From an uncultured beta proteobacterium (GTDB lineage: Bacteria; Pseudomonadota; Gammaproteobacteria; Burkholderiales; SG8-39), in NCBI GenBank assembly GCA_963754305.1, contig CAVWFR010000047.1, positions 35,667 through 99,666 of the forward strand: a stretch of 64,000 nucleotides of DNA, given 5' to 3'. Each line of letters opens with the position of its first letter. Positions within the stretch are counted from its first letter, which is position 1. Positions 9,529-18,569 of the stretch are shown piece after piece. Both the position numbers and the translations under genes were made by a program. A model generated the notes under the pieces. It made no database searches. It had not been told where the DNA came from and was given only the letters and a program-made list of their open reading frames with translations.

Positions 9529-9963
9529 CTACCACAATCTGAGTTTGAATCGCGGCAGCCTCTTGGGTGTGGGGTCCTTGATCGGTTTGCCGACCGCTTC
9601 TTTGGATTGAACGGTCGCTAGACCCTTCTCGTCAAGATCCCCGCCCTCAACCAATAAGATCACCCTGACTTCTTGACGCGCAGCAAGACGCGGAATGGTC
9701 AGGACGTTCCTGTCCAACGAGGAGCCTCGGGCCGTGCTTCCGACAAGTTGATAGCGGAGATGCGGCAGCGTGACATGAATTCCCTCCTCGGAATAGACAA
9801 ACCCTCGGTTTGCGATCACGAGTTCCGTCAGTGTTCCTCGATCGGTGAGTAGGGAATCGGAGAATAGCCCCGGGGGGTAGAAGCGCAACCGCCGCATCCT
9901 GACAAGACCGACAATCGCTGCGACTGCTAGGCCGCCCACTACCGGCAACACGATTGATGTCAT
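9529..9963 (-). CDS. Hypothetical membrane-anchored protein (single N-terminal TM helix)
   Basis: 144 aa. A strong SD (gggaggg) lies 5' of the ATG at 9963. N-terminal hydrophobic helix IVLPVVGGLAVAAIVGLV. No family recognised. It sits in a visibly lower-GC patch. Confidence 0.5.
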   Translation of the reverse strand: MTSIVLPVVGGLAVAAIVGLVRMRRLRFYPPGLFSDSLLTDRGTLTELVIANRGFVYSEEGIHVTLPHLRYQLVGSTARGSSLDRNVLTIPRLAARQEVRVILLVEGGDLDEKGLATVQSKEAVGKPIKDPTPKRLPRFKLRLW

Positions 9964-10136
9964 TTCCCTCCCGGTTTCCTGCGCGTCTTACGTCGCGCCG
10001 GAGAAGCAAAGCTAGAGCACACCGGCAGACTGTCGCCTTCGTCCAGAACTACGGGTTTCGTCTTCCATCGACCAGCACGCACCCACGCTCGCCAACGGAG
10101 CAAACCTCGGATCGAGGTTCAGCGAAACGGCTTTCA

Positions 10137-10358
10137 CTAGCCGCGCTGTGGCGCAGGCTGTGTGTGACGAACCCTGTTCACCAAGTCGCGCCGCAGTCGG
10201 TTCACAGCGTCGACCACTGCGGCCCCTGACAACAGCACAGCGGCTATCACGTAGAAAAGTCCCCCGTAGATTTGGTGATTAGCCCCCTGTGCCAAGGCCG
10301 TTGTCCCGAACCCAAAGAGCAACGCGAGCCCTGACAGAACGAACAGCACGATGTGCAT
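10137..10358 (-). CDS. Hypothetical small two-helix membrane protein
   Basis: Start moved to MHIVLFVLSGLALLFGF because gaggagg lies 6 nt upstream of that ATG. A second hydrophobic segment is GGLFYVIAAVLLSGAAVV. No family recognised. Confidence 0.45.
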   Translation of the reverse strand: MHIVLFVLSGLALLFGFGTTALAQGANHQIYGGLFYVIAAVLLSGAAVVDAVNRLRRDLVNRVRHTQPAPQRG

Positions 10359-11117
10359 GGATTGCCTCCTCAAGCTCCCCCCGGGGTCAAAGACTTAGCT
10401 CGCACTCAAGGCGAGGCGCATTGCTGCACCACGCCGAGGCTGCGAGCTACACAGTAAGGCCCCCGACACCACGCCCTCGTTATCTCTCCCAGTATCCCAA
10501 AGCGAGGCGACTGGATAGGTTGACGTTTGACGGAGTAGGCAATACTGCCGGTGTCAGGTGATGTACCCGGAGCGGCGCGCGTCGAGGATGTCGATCCAGA
10601 CAGAGCCGACTGCGACAAGCCAATGGCCGGTGATGCCGTGGTACTCGTCGCACTCTCAGTCGCCGCCGTGACCACCGCCGCCTTCCCACACCGGGGAAGA
10701 GTTTCAACCGAGCTTTTCCACGAGACGCGCTGCCTCGGGCAAACGCGGGAAAGTGATCGATCGGCGCTAGGACTGACGACCTAGGGAACGGGTCGCTTGT
10801 GCTACGCGGGTTCGAGCGGTTGAGCGAGGACGCCTCGGCTGTGGTTCAGGAGTAGCGGTGCGAGGTTGCGTGAAACCTATTCCCAGAGCGATTCCGCGCT
10901 CAGCCGAGACGCGCTAAAGATAGCCGCGCGACGCTCGTGGGGCGACAAGAGCATCAGTGGCAACTCATGTGGCCCTATCGAAAGTTGTTGGGCGTCAGCG
11001 ACAAGTTTCTACAGTTCGCTTGGACATACGTCTTTATATTACTGTTTCGCCAGCGGTTCTCCGCATCGGGTCTGTTGCTTGCGGGCGATGGCCTACGATT
11101 CTACAAAGGAGATTCCC

Positions 11118-11378
11118 ATGATGCTGACTGTGCAAGAGTGTGTGGACATGTCCGAACTGAGCAACGAAGCGATCCGCGCGATCGCGGAGCATGAGCACAT
11201 ACCAGAGGTTGTCGCGGCAGAGGTGGGGCAGGAGCTACTCAAAGCGACCGGCGGAATCGCCGAGATTCACCGCATCCTGGAGGAAAACCTGGAGCTTGCC
11301 GTGCAGGCGGGTGAGCAGGAGAAGATTAACGATCGCAACCGGGTGCTCGAGTCGTTCATTGCGACTTATTGCAAGTGA
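11118..11378 (+). CDS. Hypothetical small acidic protein
   Basis: aaggag lies 6 nt before ATG 11118 (MMLTVQECVDMSELSNEAIRAIAEHEHIPE...). The upstream part of track ORF 10866..11378 looks non-coding (Cys/Ser-rich, AT-rich). No family recognised. Confidence 0.4.
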   Translation: MMLTVQECVDMSELSNEAIRAIAEHEHIPEVVAAEVGQELLKATGGIAEIHRILEENLELAVQAGEQEKINDRNRVLESFIATYCK

Positions 11379-11573
11379 TCTAGCGCATCCGAGCTGACCG
11401 ACCAGGCGAGGGCTCTCGGTCTTGTCACGCGGCCTTAGCAGAGAGGTAGCCGCGGAACTCCGTTTGCCGGTCTGTTCTTTCTCGGGGAGTGCGATGCCTA
11501 TGAGGTTTTCTATGGCGAAGAAAGCACTGCTGCGAGGAAACGCCGGTCATCACCGGATCACAGGCACAACACG

Positions 11574-11693
11574 GGTTACATCACTCCGAAGGACATGCTG
11601 GCGGGACGGCAGCAGGAGATCCATGCGGAGCGCGACCGGAAGTTGGAGGCAGCGCGGACGCAGAGGCAGATTCGTCGCCAGCAAGCCGCTTGA
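11574..11693 (+). pseudogene. C-terminal remnant of an rve (DDE integrase-core) transposase
   Basis: The in-frame 39 codons GYITPKDMLAGRQQEIHAERDRKLEAARTQRQIRRQQAA* match the tail I recall for IS3-like OrfB proteins. No catalytic core lies upstream. Confidence 0.45.
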
Positions 11694-11850
11694 CGCATAG
11701 ATCGCGCTCTGTTGGGTGCAGGGGTACGGAGCCTCAACTGCCGGATTGCCGACGATCCGCTCGGAATCCGGCCACATCCGTGCATAGGGCGTTAAAGCAA
11801 CCCAAACGCCACGAGCTCGTCGTCGAGGGGCTCGATCGCGCTCGCCGAGG

Positions 11851-12567
11851 TCAAGCGGGCGAGACGACAACGTGCTTGACCTCCGCCATATAGCGCCCGG
11901 CGACCGCGGAGGCCTCCTCGGGGGTGCGCCCGCGCTCGCAAGCCTCCATGTACGCCGCGTACCAGTCCCACCAGTCGTGCGGTGGGGCGACCGCCTCGAA
12001 CGAGCCGTGATGCTCGGCCGTCTCATGCAGGAGCTGTGCGAGACCCGCAACGTCGATCGTCACACCCCGGCCCGGGAGCCGCTCCTTGATCTCCTGCAGC
12101 AGCCAGCCGTTGCCGTCGGGATCGCTGAAGGAGACGAATGAGCGGTAGCTGCGATGCTCGGGGTCCGGACCGCTGACCCGGAGCCGCCCAAACAGATAGG
12201 GCTGGTCCGTGCCAGCGTACACGCCGCCGGCGTCGTGAAACACCTCGCTCGCGTCGACGCCATGCGCGACGAGTTCGTCGCGCGCAGCCTCGATGTCGGA
12301 GACGATCAGGTACAGGCCCTGGGCGGAGCCGGGTGCCGCCGCGGTGACGTTCTTGCCGAAGATGACCGAGCACCCGGAGCCCGGCGGGGTGAACTGGATC
12401 ACGCGGAAGTCGTCACCGTTGTCGTAGTCGGCGTCGAGCCGCCACCCGAGCCTCCCGTAGAACTCCTTCGCGCTGTCGACATCCGAGACGGGGATGACGA
12501 CCACCTCGAACTTCATGTCGACTCTCGCCACTGTCGCGTCGTTACTGCGGACTTCGTTGGTGCTCAT
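11851..12567 (-). CDS. VOC (glyoxalase/bleomycin-resistance/dioxygenase) family protein with a C-terminal extension
   Basis: Start set at MSTNEVRS, with aggagg 5' of ATG 12567. KFEVVVIPVSDVDSAKEFYGRLGW..FSDPDGNGWLLQE is typical of the VOC fold. Confidence 0.75.
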   Translation of the reverse strand: MSTNEVRSNDATVARVDMKFEVVVIPVSDVDSAKEFYGRLGWRLDADYDNGDDFRVIQFTPPGSGCSVIFGKNVTAAAPGSAQGLYLIVSDIEAARDELVAHGVDASEVFHDAGGVYAGTDQPYLFGRLRVSGPDPEHRSYRSFVSFSDPDGNGWLLQEIKERLPGRGVTIDVAGLAQLLHETAEHHGSFEAVAPPHDWWDWYAAYMEACERGRTPEEASAVAGRYMAEVKHVVVSPA

Positions 12568-12713
12568 GGCTGCCTCCTGGATCTTGTGTAGAGTGCTTAC
12601 TAGTGTATTGTGCTTCGAAATAGCGTTGTCGGAGAATGGCCATTTGAGTAACGCGCAGTCTTGCTTTCTTCCGAACCGAGCGCAGCCCCGACTGCAATGA
12701 GTCGCGGTTCCAG

Positions 12714-12833
12714 ATTGGTCCAAACAATGGCTTGAGCGCACCGCTCCGGGTGTAGCTCCGGACTCGTACAGATGCTTCCCCCCACGATCTGGCCGACTTC
12801 GTTGATCGCGTTTGCCGTTCCAGCCGCCGCGTA
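12714..12833 (-). pseudogene. Possible fragment of a HAF-repeat (PEP-CTERM-associated) protein
   Basis: GTANAINEVGQIVGGS....AIVWTN resembles a single HAF repeat unit (A.GIN..GQVVG.S...HAFLW). No start codon and no further repeats. Confidence 0.25.
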
Positions 12834-12849
12834 AGTGCGACGCTCGCCG

Positions 12850-13038
12850 TTACGCCCCTGCCTAAGGGGCTTGTTGCAGGAGAGAACGGCACTGGAGGCG
12901 ATGATCCTGCGCAGCGACAATACCGCGACGGACATGATCTTCAACCTCGCCGGCGCGGACAACATTCGCAAACTCATTGCGGCGGCCGGACTTCGGAAAA
13001 CGCGGGTGCCGGACAATACGCGTATCTTTTCCGAATGA
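12850..13038 (+). pseudogene. Fragment of a class A beta-lactamase-like serine hydrolase
   Basis: LRGLLQERTALEAMILRSDNTATDMIFNLAGADNIRKLIAAAGLRKTRV contains the SDN loop region. The SxxK and KTG parts are absent. Confidence 0.4.
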
Positions 13039-13077
13039 AGTGACGCCCAACTCAGCTCCGGTGAAAGCGAGGAGCCC

Positions 13078-14181
13078 TTGATCGTCGGTGTCCCGAAGGA
13101 AGTCAAGCCCCACGAGTACCGCGTGGGCCTCACGCCAACCTCGGTGCGCGAGGTGGTGGCGCACGGGCACGAGGTGATCGTCGCACCCGACGCCGGCGTC
13201 GGCATCGGCGCATCCGACGCCGCATACGAGAAGGCGGGCGCTCGAATCGCAGACCCGTGGCAGGCAGAGCTGGTCGTCAAGGTGAAGGAGCCGCAACCGC
13301 AGGAGCGGAAGAAGCTCGCGGCGAAGCACGTCCTCTTCACCTACCTGCATCTTGCGCCGGATCCCGAGCAGACGATGGATCTCGCCGCATCCGGGGCGGT
13401 GTGCATCGCCTACGAGACGGTCACCAGCGCGCGCGGCGGGCTGCCGCTACTCGCGCCGATGTCGGAAGTCGCGGGCCGCATGTCGGTGCAGGTGGGCGCG
13501 AGCTGCCTCGAGAAGGAGCGCGGCGGCATGGGCATCCTGCTCGGCGGCGTGCCCGGCGTGCCGCCGGCGAAGATCACCGTCCTCGGTGCGGGCGTGGCGG
13601 GAGCGAGCGCGATCCGGCTGGCGGTCGGCGCCGGCGCTCGCGTGTATGCCCTCGACCGATCGGTCGAGGTCCTCAGGAACATAGAACGGGAGTTCGGCGC
13701 GCGAGTCGTCACGGTGTACTCGAGCCGCGATGCGGTCGAGCAGAACGTGCTCTCAGCCGACCTCGTCATCGGCGCGGTGCTGGTTCCGGGCGCCGCGACG
13801 CCGAAGCTCGTGGCGCGCCGGCTGGTCAAGGACATGAAGCAGGGCGCGGTAGTGGTCGACGTCGCCATCGACCAGGGCGGCTGCTTCGAGACCTCGCGTC
13901 CGACCACGCACGCCGACCCGACCTACGTGGTCGACGGCGTGGTGCACTACTGCGTCACCAACATGCCGGGCGCGGTGCCGCGCACCTCGACCTACGCGCT
14001 CAACAACGCCACGCTGCCCTTCGTGCTCGCGCTCGCCGCCAAGGGCTGGCAGCGCGCGCTCGCCGACGACCCGCATCTCAGGAACGGCCTCAACGTCGCG
14101 CGCGGCAGAGTGACGCACCCAGAAGTCGCCGCGGCCGTCAACGTGCCTTACTTTCCCGCCGAAGAAGCGATCCTGGGCTAG
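13078..14181 (+). CDS. ald: Alanine dehydrogenase
   Basis: 367 aa. TTG start preceded by gaggag. (M)[19 protein letters not shown].., a Rossmann motif [11 protein letters not shown], and a typical Ald length. Confidence 0.9.
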   Translation: MIVGVPKEVKPHEYRVGLTPTSVREVVAHGHEVIVAPDAGVGIGASDAAYEKAGARIADPWQAELVVKVKEPQPQERKKLAAKHVLFTYLHLAPDPEQTMDLAASGAVCIAYETVTSARGGLPLLAPMSEVAGRMSVQVGASCLEKERGGMGILLGGVPGVPPAKITVLGAGVAGASAIRLAVGAGARVYALDRSVEVLRNIEREFGARVVTVYSSRDAVEQNVLSADLVIGAVLVPGAATPKLVARRLVKDMKQGAVVVDVAIDQGGCFETSRPTTHADPTYVVDGVVHYCVTNMPGAVPRTSTYALNNATLPFVLALAAKGWQRALADDPHLRNGLNVARGRVTHPEVAAAVNVPYFPAEEAILG

Positions 14182-14348
14182 CCGCGGCGTCGCCCGATCC
14201 GGTCGCTAATCCGGCGCCAGCGCGCCGAGATAGCTCTGCACTGCGTCGAGCCTCATCACCGCGTTCGAGCGGACGGCCGCAAGCGCGCGTCGCTTGCTTG
14301 CGGTTCCCTCCTCGCTACGCTCGTCGGCGGCCGCTCAACGCGAGCGTT

Positions 14349-14700
14349 TGAACGTCCGCTTCTCAGAACTGGAGTTGACCCGATTTCGCGGACACCTGAT
14401 CCTCGTGGACAAAGGAGCCCGCAATGCTCAAGACCCGCCCGCCGTACCCGGCGCAGTTCCGTCAACAAGTGACCGAGCTCGTAGGTGCCGGCAAGACCCC
14501 GGCTGAGCTCTCGCGCGAGTTCGGCTGTTCGGCCCAGACGATCTCCAACTGGGTCGCCCAGGCGGCAGTCGACCGCGGCAAGCCCCTACCCGGTAAGGAT
14601 GGCCTCACCAGTGCTGAACGCGAGGAGTTGACCCGGCTTCGTCGCGAGAACCGGCGGCTGCAGACCGAGCGCGACATCCTGGCAAACCGACTTCGCGGCG
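14349..14700 (+). mobile_element. Left end of a decayed IS3-family insertion sequence
   Basis: A TGAAC-initiated candidate terminal repeat at about 14349 lies 75 bp upstream of a truncated orfA. No orfB or right end follows. Confidence 0.45.
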
Positions 14701-14777
14701 CGCCGCGTCCCTGTGGGAGCGAGATCCGGGCATGGACGACTGGCCCGGAGGTGAGCTTCCGTGCCGGTAGGATCTAG
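14424..14777 (+). pseudogene. Truncated IS3-family transposase OrfA (HTH)
   Basis: MLKTRPPYPAQFRQQVTELVGAGKTPAELSREFGCSAQTISNWV....LTSAEREELTRLRRENRRLQTERDILA is canonical IS3 OrfA. After about 14690 the sequence diverges into a non-transposase tail. Confidence 0.7.
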
Positions 14778-14890
14778 CCCTCCGGCGGTAGCGCTTGAGG
14801 GGGTAGCCCATCACATTCAAGTCCATGGCTGTGTCCATGCATCGCGTTATCACATATTAATCAGTTCCAATACAACGTCTTACGATACGC

Positions 14891-15658
14891 ATGAAGCTCG
14901 CGACGTGGAACGTCAACTCGCTGAAGGTCCGGCTGCCGCATCTGCTCGAATGGCTCGCGGCCGATCGGCCCGACGTCGTCTGTCTGCAGGAGCTCAAGCT
15001 CGAGGACCACAACTTCCCCGCCGCGGCGCTCGCCGAGGCGGGCTACGAATCGGTCTTCGCGGGTCAGAAGACCTACAACGGCGTGGCGATCCTCTCGCGC
15101 CTGCCGATCGTCGCGGTGGGGTCCGGCATCCCCGGGCTCGACGATCCGCAGAAGCGCGTGATAACGGCGGACGTGGGCGACGTGCGAGTGGTCTCCGCGT
15201 ACGTGCCCAACGGTCAGTCGGTCGGCAGCGAGAAGTACGAGTACAAGCTGAAGTGGCTGGCCGCGCTCGCCGACTGGCTGAGGGGCGAGCTCGCCGCCCA
15301 CCCCCTGCTCGCGGTGCTGGGTGATTACAACATCGCACCCGAGGACCGCGACGTCCACGACCCGCGGGCGTGGGCGGGCCAGGTGCTCTGCAGCGAGCCC
15401 GAGCGCGCGGCGTTCCGCCGGCTGCTCGACCTGGGGTTCGCCGACACCTTCCGCGCGTTCGAACAGCCGGCGAAGTCCTACACCTGGTGGGATTACCGTC
15501 TCAACGCGTTCAAACGCAACCTCGGGCTGCGAATCGATCACATCCTCGTCTCGCCCGCGCTCGCGGCGGCGTGCTCGGGCTGCGCCATCGATCTCGCCCC
15601 GCGCCGGCTCGAGCGCCCGTCCGATCACGCGCCGGTGATCGCGCAACTCGCGGTCTGA
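14891..15658 (+). CDS. xthA: Exodeoxyribonuclease III
   Basis: 255 aa: [49 protein letters not shown]. Confidence 0.95.
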   Translation: MKLATWNVNSLKVRLPHLLEWLAADRPDVVCLQELKLEDHNFPAAALAEAGYESVFAGQKTYNGVAILSRLPIVAVGSGIPGLDDPQKRVITADVGDVRVVSAYVPNGQSVGSEKYEYKLKWLAALADWLRGELAAHPLLAVLGDYNIAPEDRDVHDPRAWAGQVLCSEPERAAFRRLLDLGFADTFRAFEQPAKSYTWWDYRLNAFKRNLGLRIDHILVSPALAAACSGCAIDLAPRRLERPSDHAPVIAQLAV

Positions 15659-15735
15659 TCCGCGTGGAAGGCGCCGGATCGCATTCGCGGGCGCGCCCGG
15701 AGCGTAGAATCCCCCACGCGCGCCCGCCTACCACC

Positions 15736-16137
15736 GTGCAAACCGCCGACCTCATCCGCAAGCGCGGCTTCAAGAAGTGGTACGAGCGCCAGCTCATCGA
15801 GAGCCATCTTTATCTCGTCAGCTGCTTTCTGTGCATGATCCTCGTCGCCGCGGGGATCGAGGAGATGAGCTTTCGAGCGCCCGGCCTGAAGCCCGTGATG
15901 ATGCTCTTGATGATCCTCGCCGGCGGTGCGGTGGGACTCGTGTCGTGGCAGCGCTACCGGACGATCATGGTCGCGGCCGAGCGTCTCGGTGACCGTTCCA
16001 CCTGCGAGCAGTGCCACGCTTACGCGAAGTTCGACATCGTCGATTCAGGCGGCAACGCCGCCGATGATGCGGACGGCGCGGGGACCTGGTTGAGAGTGCG
16101 CTGCCGGAAATGCGGCCACGGCTGGAAGATGCCGTGA
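15736..16137 (+). CDS. Hypothetical two-TM protein with a C-terminal CxxC...CxxC zinc-ribbon
   Basis: GTG start. Hydrophobic helices YLVSCFLCMILVAAGI and VMMLLMILAGGAVGLV, then CEQCHAYAKF...RCRKCGHGW. The track ORF from 15370 overlaps xthA, so it was shortened. Confidence 0.55.
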   Translation: MQTADLIRKRGFKKWYERQLIESHLYLVSCFLCMILVAAGIEEMSFRAPGLKPVMMLLMILAGGAVGLVSWQRYRTIMVAAERLGDRSTCEQCHAYAKFDIVDSGGNAADDADGAGTWLRVRCRKCGHGWKMP

Positions 16138-16892
16138 GCGCCGCCGTCGCGCCGGTATCCCCGGGGAGCGAGACGGTGCGGGCCGCGCTTGCGGCGGGCG
16201 GCGGCCGGCGCGAAGCCCTCGCCTGTCTCGCGGTGCTCGCCGTCGCGTTCGCGCTCGACCGGATCGCCCCGCTTTGGGGGCAGATTGCCGCCGGCGCGGT
16301 AGCCTGGGCGTTCGCGCTCACCCTTCTGCATCGCGCGTCGGGCACGCGGCGACGGTTGCTCTTCGCGTGCCTGGCATGGGCCACCGCGGGCGAACTGTTC
16401 TGCTCGCTCGGCTGGGGCCTTTATACCTACCGGCTCGGCAACATTCCGCATTTCGTGCCGCCGGGGCACATCCTGGTGCTCCTGATCGGCTTGCACCTCG
16501 CGCAGCGGATGTCGCTCGCGGTGGCAGATCGCCTGACCGCGGCGTTCGCCGTGCTCACGTTTTGCGCCGCGGTCTTCCTGGGCGACGAGTTCAGCGTGCT
16601 GCTCTTCGCGATCTATTTCACGGTGTACCTGCTCAAGCCGGGCATGCGCGGACTGCTCGCGACGATGTTCTTGCTGACGCTGGCATTGGAGCTTATTGGC
16701 ACGTCGCTCGGCACCTGGGCGTGGGCGCCCCGGGCGCCGGTGCTCGGGCTCGCAACCACCAATCCGCCGTTCGCCGTCGCCGCGTTCTACTGCATGCTCG
16801 ACACGCTCGTGCTCTGGACCTTGCGCGGCGGCCCGGCGCGTCTCGCCGCCGCGCTGCCGCGACTCGCCTTCGTCAGGCAATCCACTCGCTGA
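16134..16892 (+). CDS. Hypothetical polytopic membrane protein
   Basis: The GTG start overlaps the preceding stop (GTGA at 16134-16137). About 6-7 hydrophobic segments. No family recognised. Confidence 0.5.
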   Translation: MSAAVAPVSPGSETVRAALAAGGGRREALACLAVLAVAFALDRIAPLWGQIAAGAVAWAFALTLLHRASGTRRRLLFACLAWATAGELFCSLGWGLYTYRLGNIPHFVPPGHILVLLIGLHLAQRMSLAVADRLTAAFAVLTFCAAVFLGDEFSVLLFAIYFTVYLLKPGMRGLLATMFLLTLALELIGTSLGTWAWAPRAPVLGLATTNPPFAVAAFYCMLDTLVLWTLRGGPARLAAALPRLAFVRQSTR

Positions 16893-18561
16893 CCGGCGCG
16901 CGCGCCTCCTGCAGCGGCTGGCAGACGACGTCAACGAGCGTCGGCTCGCCCGCCGCGATCGCGGCACGCAGCGTCGCCTCCAGCGCTGCCGGATCCTCGA
17001 CCCGCCAGCTCTTCACCCCGAACGCTGATGCGACGGCGGCATGATCGGTGGCGCCGAAGTCGACCGAGAAGTAGCGCTCGCCGAACCCGGTTTTCTGCCC
17101 GGCCTTGATCCACCCGTAAGTCGCGTTGGAGATCACGACCATTGCGAGCGGCACGCGATGGCGCACGATCGTCTCCAGCTCGCCTACAGTCATACCGAAG
17201 CTGCCGTCGCCCATGACGGCGGCCACCTTCGCGCCGGGCCGGGCGAAGTGGGCGCCGATCGCCGCCGCCATGGAATAGCCGAGCGCGCCGTGTGCGCGGT
17301 TGGAGAAAAAATGACGCCCGGTGCGGGCGAGGCGGTAGTACGCCGACAAGTACGGGCACGGCGTGCCGGGGTCGGCCACGACGATCGCGTCGTCGGGCAG
17401 CGCCGCGTTCAGCGCGGCGACCACACGCTCGGGCCGGATCGGCATGTCGCGCGACCGGGCGAGCGACTCGAACGCCGCGAATTTTTCGCGGTTCGCGTTC
17501 GCGGCGGCGGCGCATCCCCAGCCCCGGCCCGCGTCGGGCCGCAGTGCAGCGAGCGCCTCGTGTAGGCTCGCCAGCGCGAGCTTCGCATCGCCGATCAGGC
17601 CGACAGCGGTCGGGTAGTTCGCGCCGATCACCCGCGGGTCGACATCGAGATGGATCACCGTGACCTTGCCCGGCGCGGGAAACCGCCACCGCTCGGTGGT
17701 GACCGAGCCGGCGCGGCAGCCGACGAACACGACGAGGTCCGCCGCTGCAACTACCGCCCGCGTCGGCAGCGTGCCGCCGTTCGAGCCCACTACGCCGAGG
17801 GCGAGCGGGTCGTGCTCGGCGATAGCGCCCTTGCCGCTGATCGTGGTCGCCACCGGCGCGCCGAGCGCCTGCGCGCAGGCGGCAAGCTCGAGCTCGGCAC
17901 CGGCGCTCACCACGCCGCCGCCGACGATGAAAAGCGGCCTTTCGGCCGATGCCAGCAGCTGGGCCGCCGCCGTCACCGCGGCGGGAGCGGCCGTGGCGCG
18001 CCGTGCGGCGGCCACGGCGAGCGACGGCTCGGCGCGGACATCGGCATCGTCGAGCGGCTGCCGCTGCACGTCGTAGGGCAGGCCGAGATGCACCGCGCCG
18101 GGCCGGCCGGTGGTCATCTCGGCGAATGCGCGCCGCACGAGACGGGGGATATCCGCCGCGGCATCGACCATCGCGTTCCACTTCGTCAGCGGGTGAAAAA
18201 GCGCCGCCTGGTCGAGCTCGGTCAGCGCGAAGCGCCCGCGCGCCGCGACCGAGATGTCGGAGGTGAAACAGAGCAGCGGGATCGACGATTCGTTCGCCTC
18301 GACGACACCAGGGAGGATGTAGGTCGCGCCGCCGCCGCTCGGGCCTTCGCAGACGCCGACGCGCCCGGCGACTCTCGCGTAGCCGTCGGCCATGTACGCG
18401 GCCGAGCGCTCGTCGCGCGCCAGAACGTGGCGGATGCCGTGATCGAGACGATAGAGCGCGTCGTAGAGCGGTAGGCTGGTGTCGCCGCACAGCCCGAACA
18501 CGTGCTTCACGCCGTGGAGCTGAAGCATGCGGACGAACGCTTCGGCGCCGGTGATCTGCAT
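16873..18561 (-). CDS. Thiamine-diphosphate-dependent enzyme, acetolactate-synthase large-subunit-like
   Basis: Start at MQITGAEAFVRMLQLHGVKHVFGLCGDTSLPLYDAL. TPP motif GDGSFGMTVGELETIVRHRVPLAMVVISNATYG. The 771-aa track ORF is an N-terminal over-extension across the next gene. Confidence 0.85.
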   Translation of the reverse strand: MQITGAEAFVRMLQLHGVKHVFGLCGDTSLPLYDALYRLDHGIRHVLARDERSAAYMADGYARVAGRVGVCEGPSGGGATYILPGVVEANESSIPLLCFTSDISVAARGRFALTELDQAALFHPLTKWNAMVDAAADIPRLVRRAFAEMTTGRPGAVHLGLPYDVQRQPLDDADVRAEPSLAVAAARRATAAPAAVTAAAQLLASAERPLFIVGGGVVSAGAELELAACAQALGAPVATTISGKGAIAEHDPLALGVVGSNGGTLPTRAVVAAADLVVFVGCRAGSVTTERWRFPAPGKVTVIHLDVDPRVIGANYPTAVGLIGDAKLALASLHEALAALRPDAGRGWGCAAAANANREKFAAFESLARSRDMPIRPERVVAALNAALPDDAIVVADPGTPCPYLSAYYRLARTGRHFFSNRAHGALGYSMAAAIGAHFARPGAKVAAVMGDGSFGMTVGELETIVRHRVPLAMVVISNATYGWIKAGQKTGFGERYFSVDFGATDHAAVASAFGVKSWRVEDPAALEATLRAAIAAGEPTLVDVVCQPLQEARAPVSEWIA

Positions 18562-18569
18562 GACCGCCG

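Noticed and set aside
10406-10784. Several 75-90-aa ORFs on both strands in the gene-poor stretch of the low-GC patch, including a - strand peptide ECDEYHGITGHWLVAVGSVWIDILDARRSGYIT*.
   Set aside because: They have no start codons or SD in the protein-like frame and are bounded by in-frame stops. No family was recognised. They are probably debris; BLASTX might identify a parent gene.
10795-10830. A possible tRNA 3' half or att site (gcgggttcgagcgg resembles a T-loop).
   Set aside because: The flanking bases do not form a T-stem or acceptor stem. No cloverleaf could be built, and there is no CCA-proximal discriminator context.
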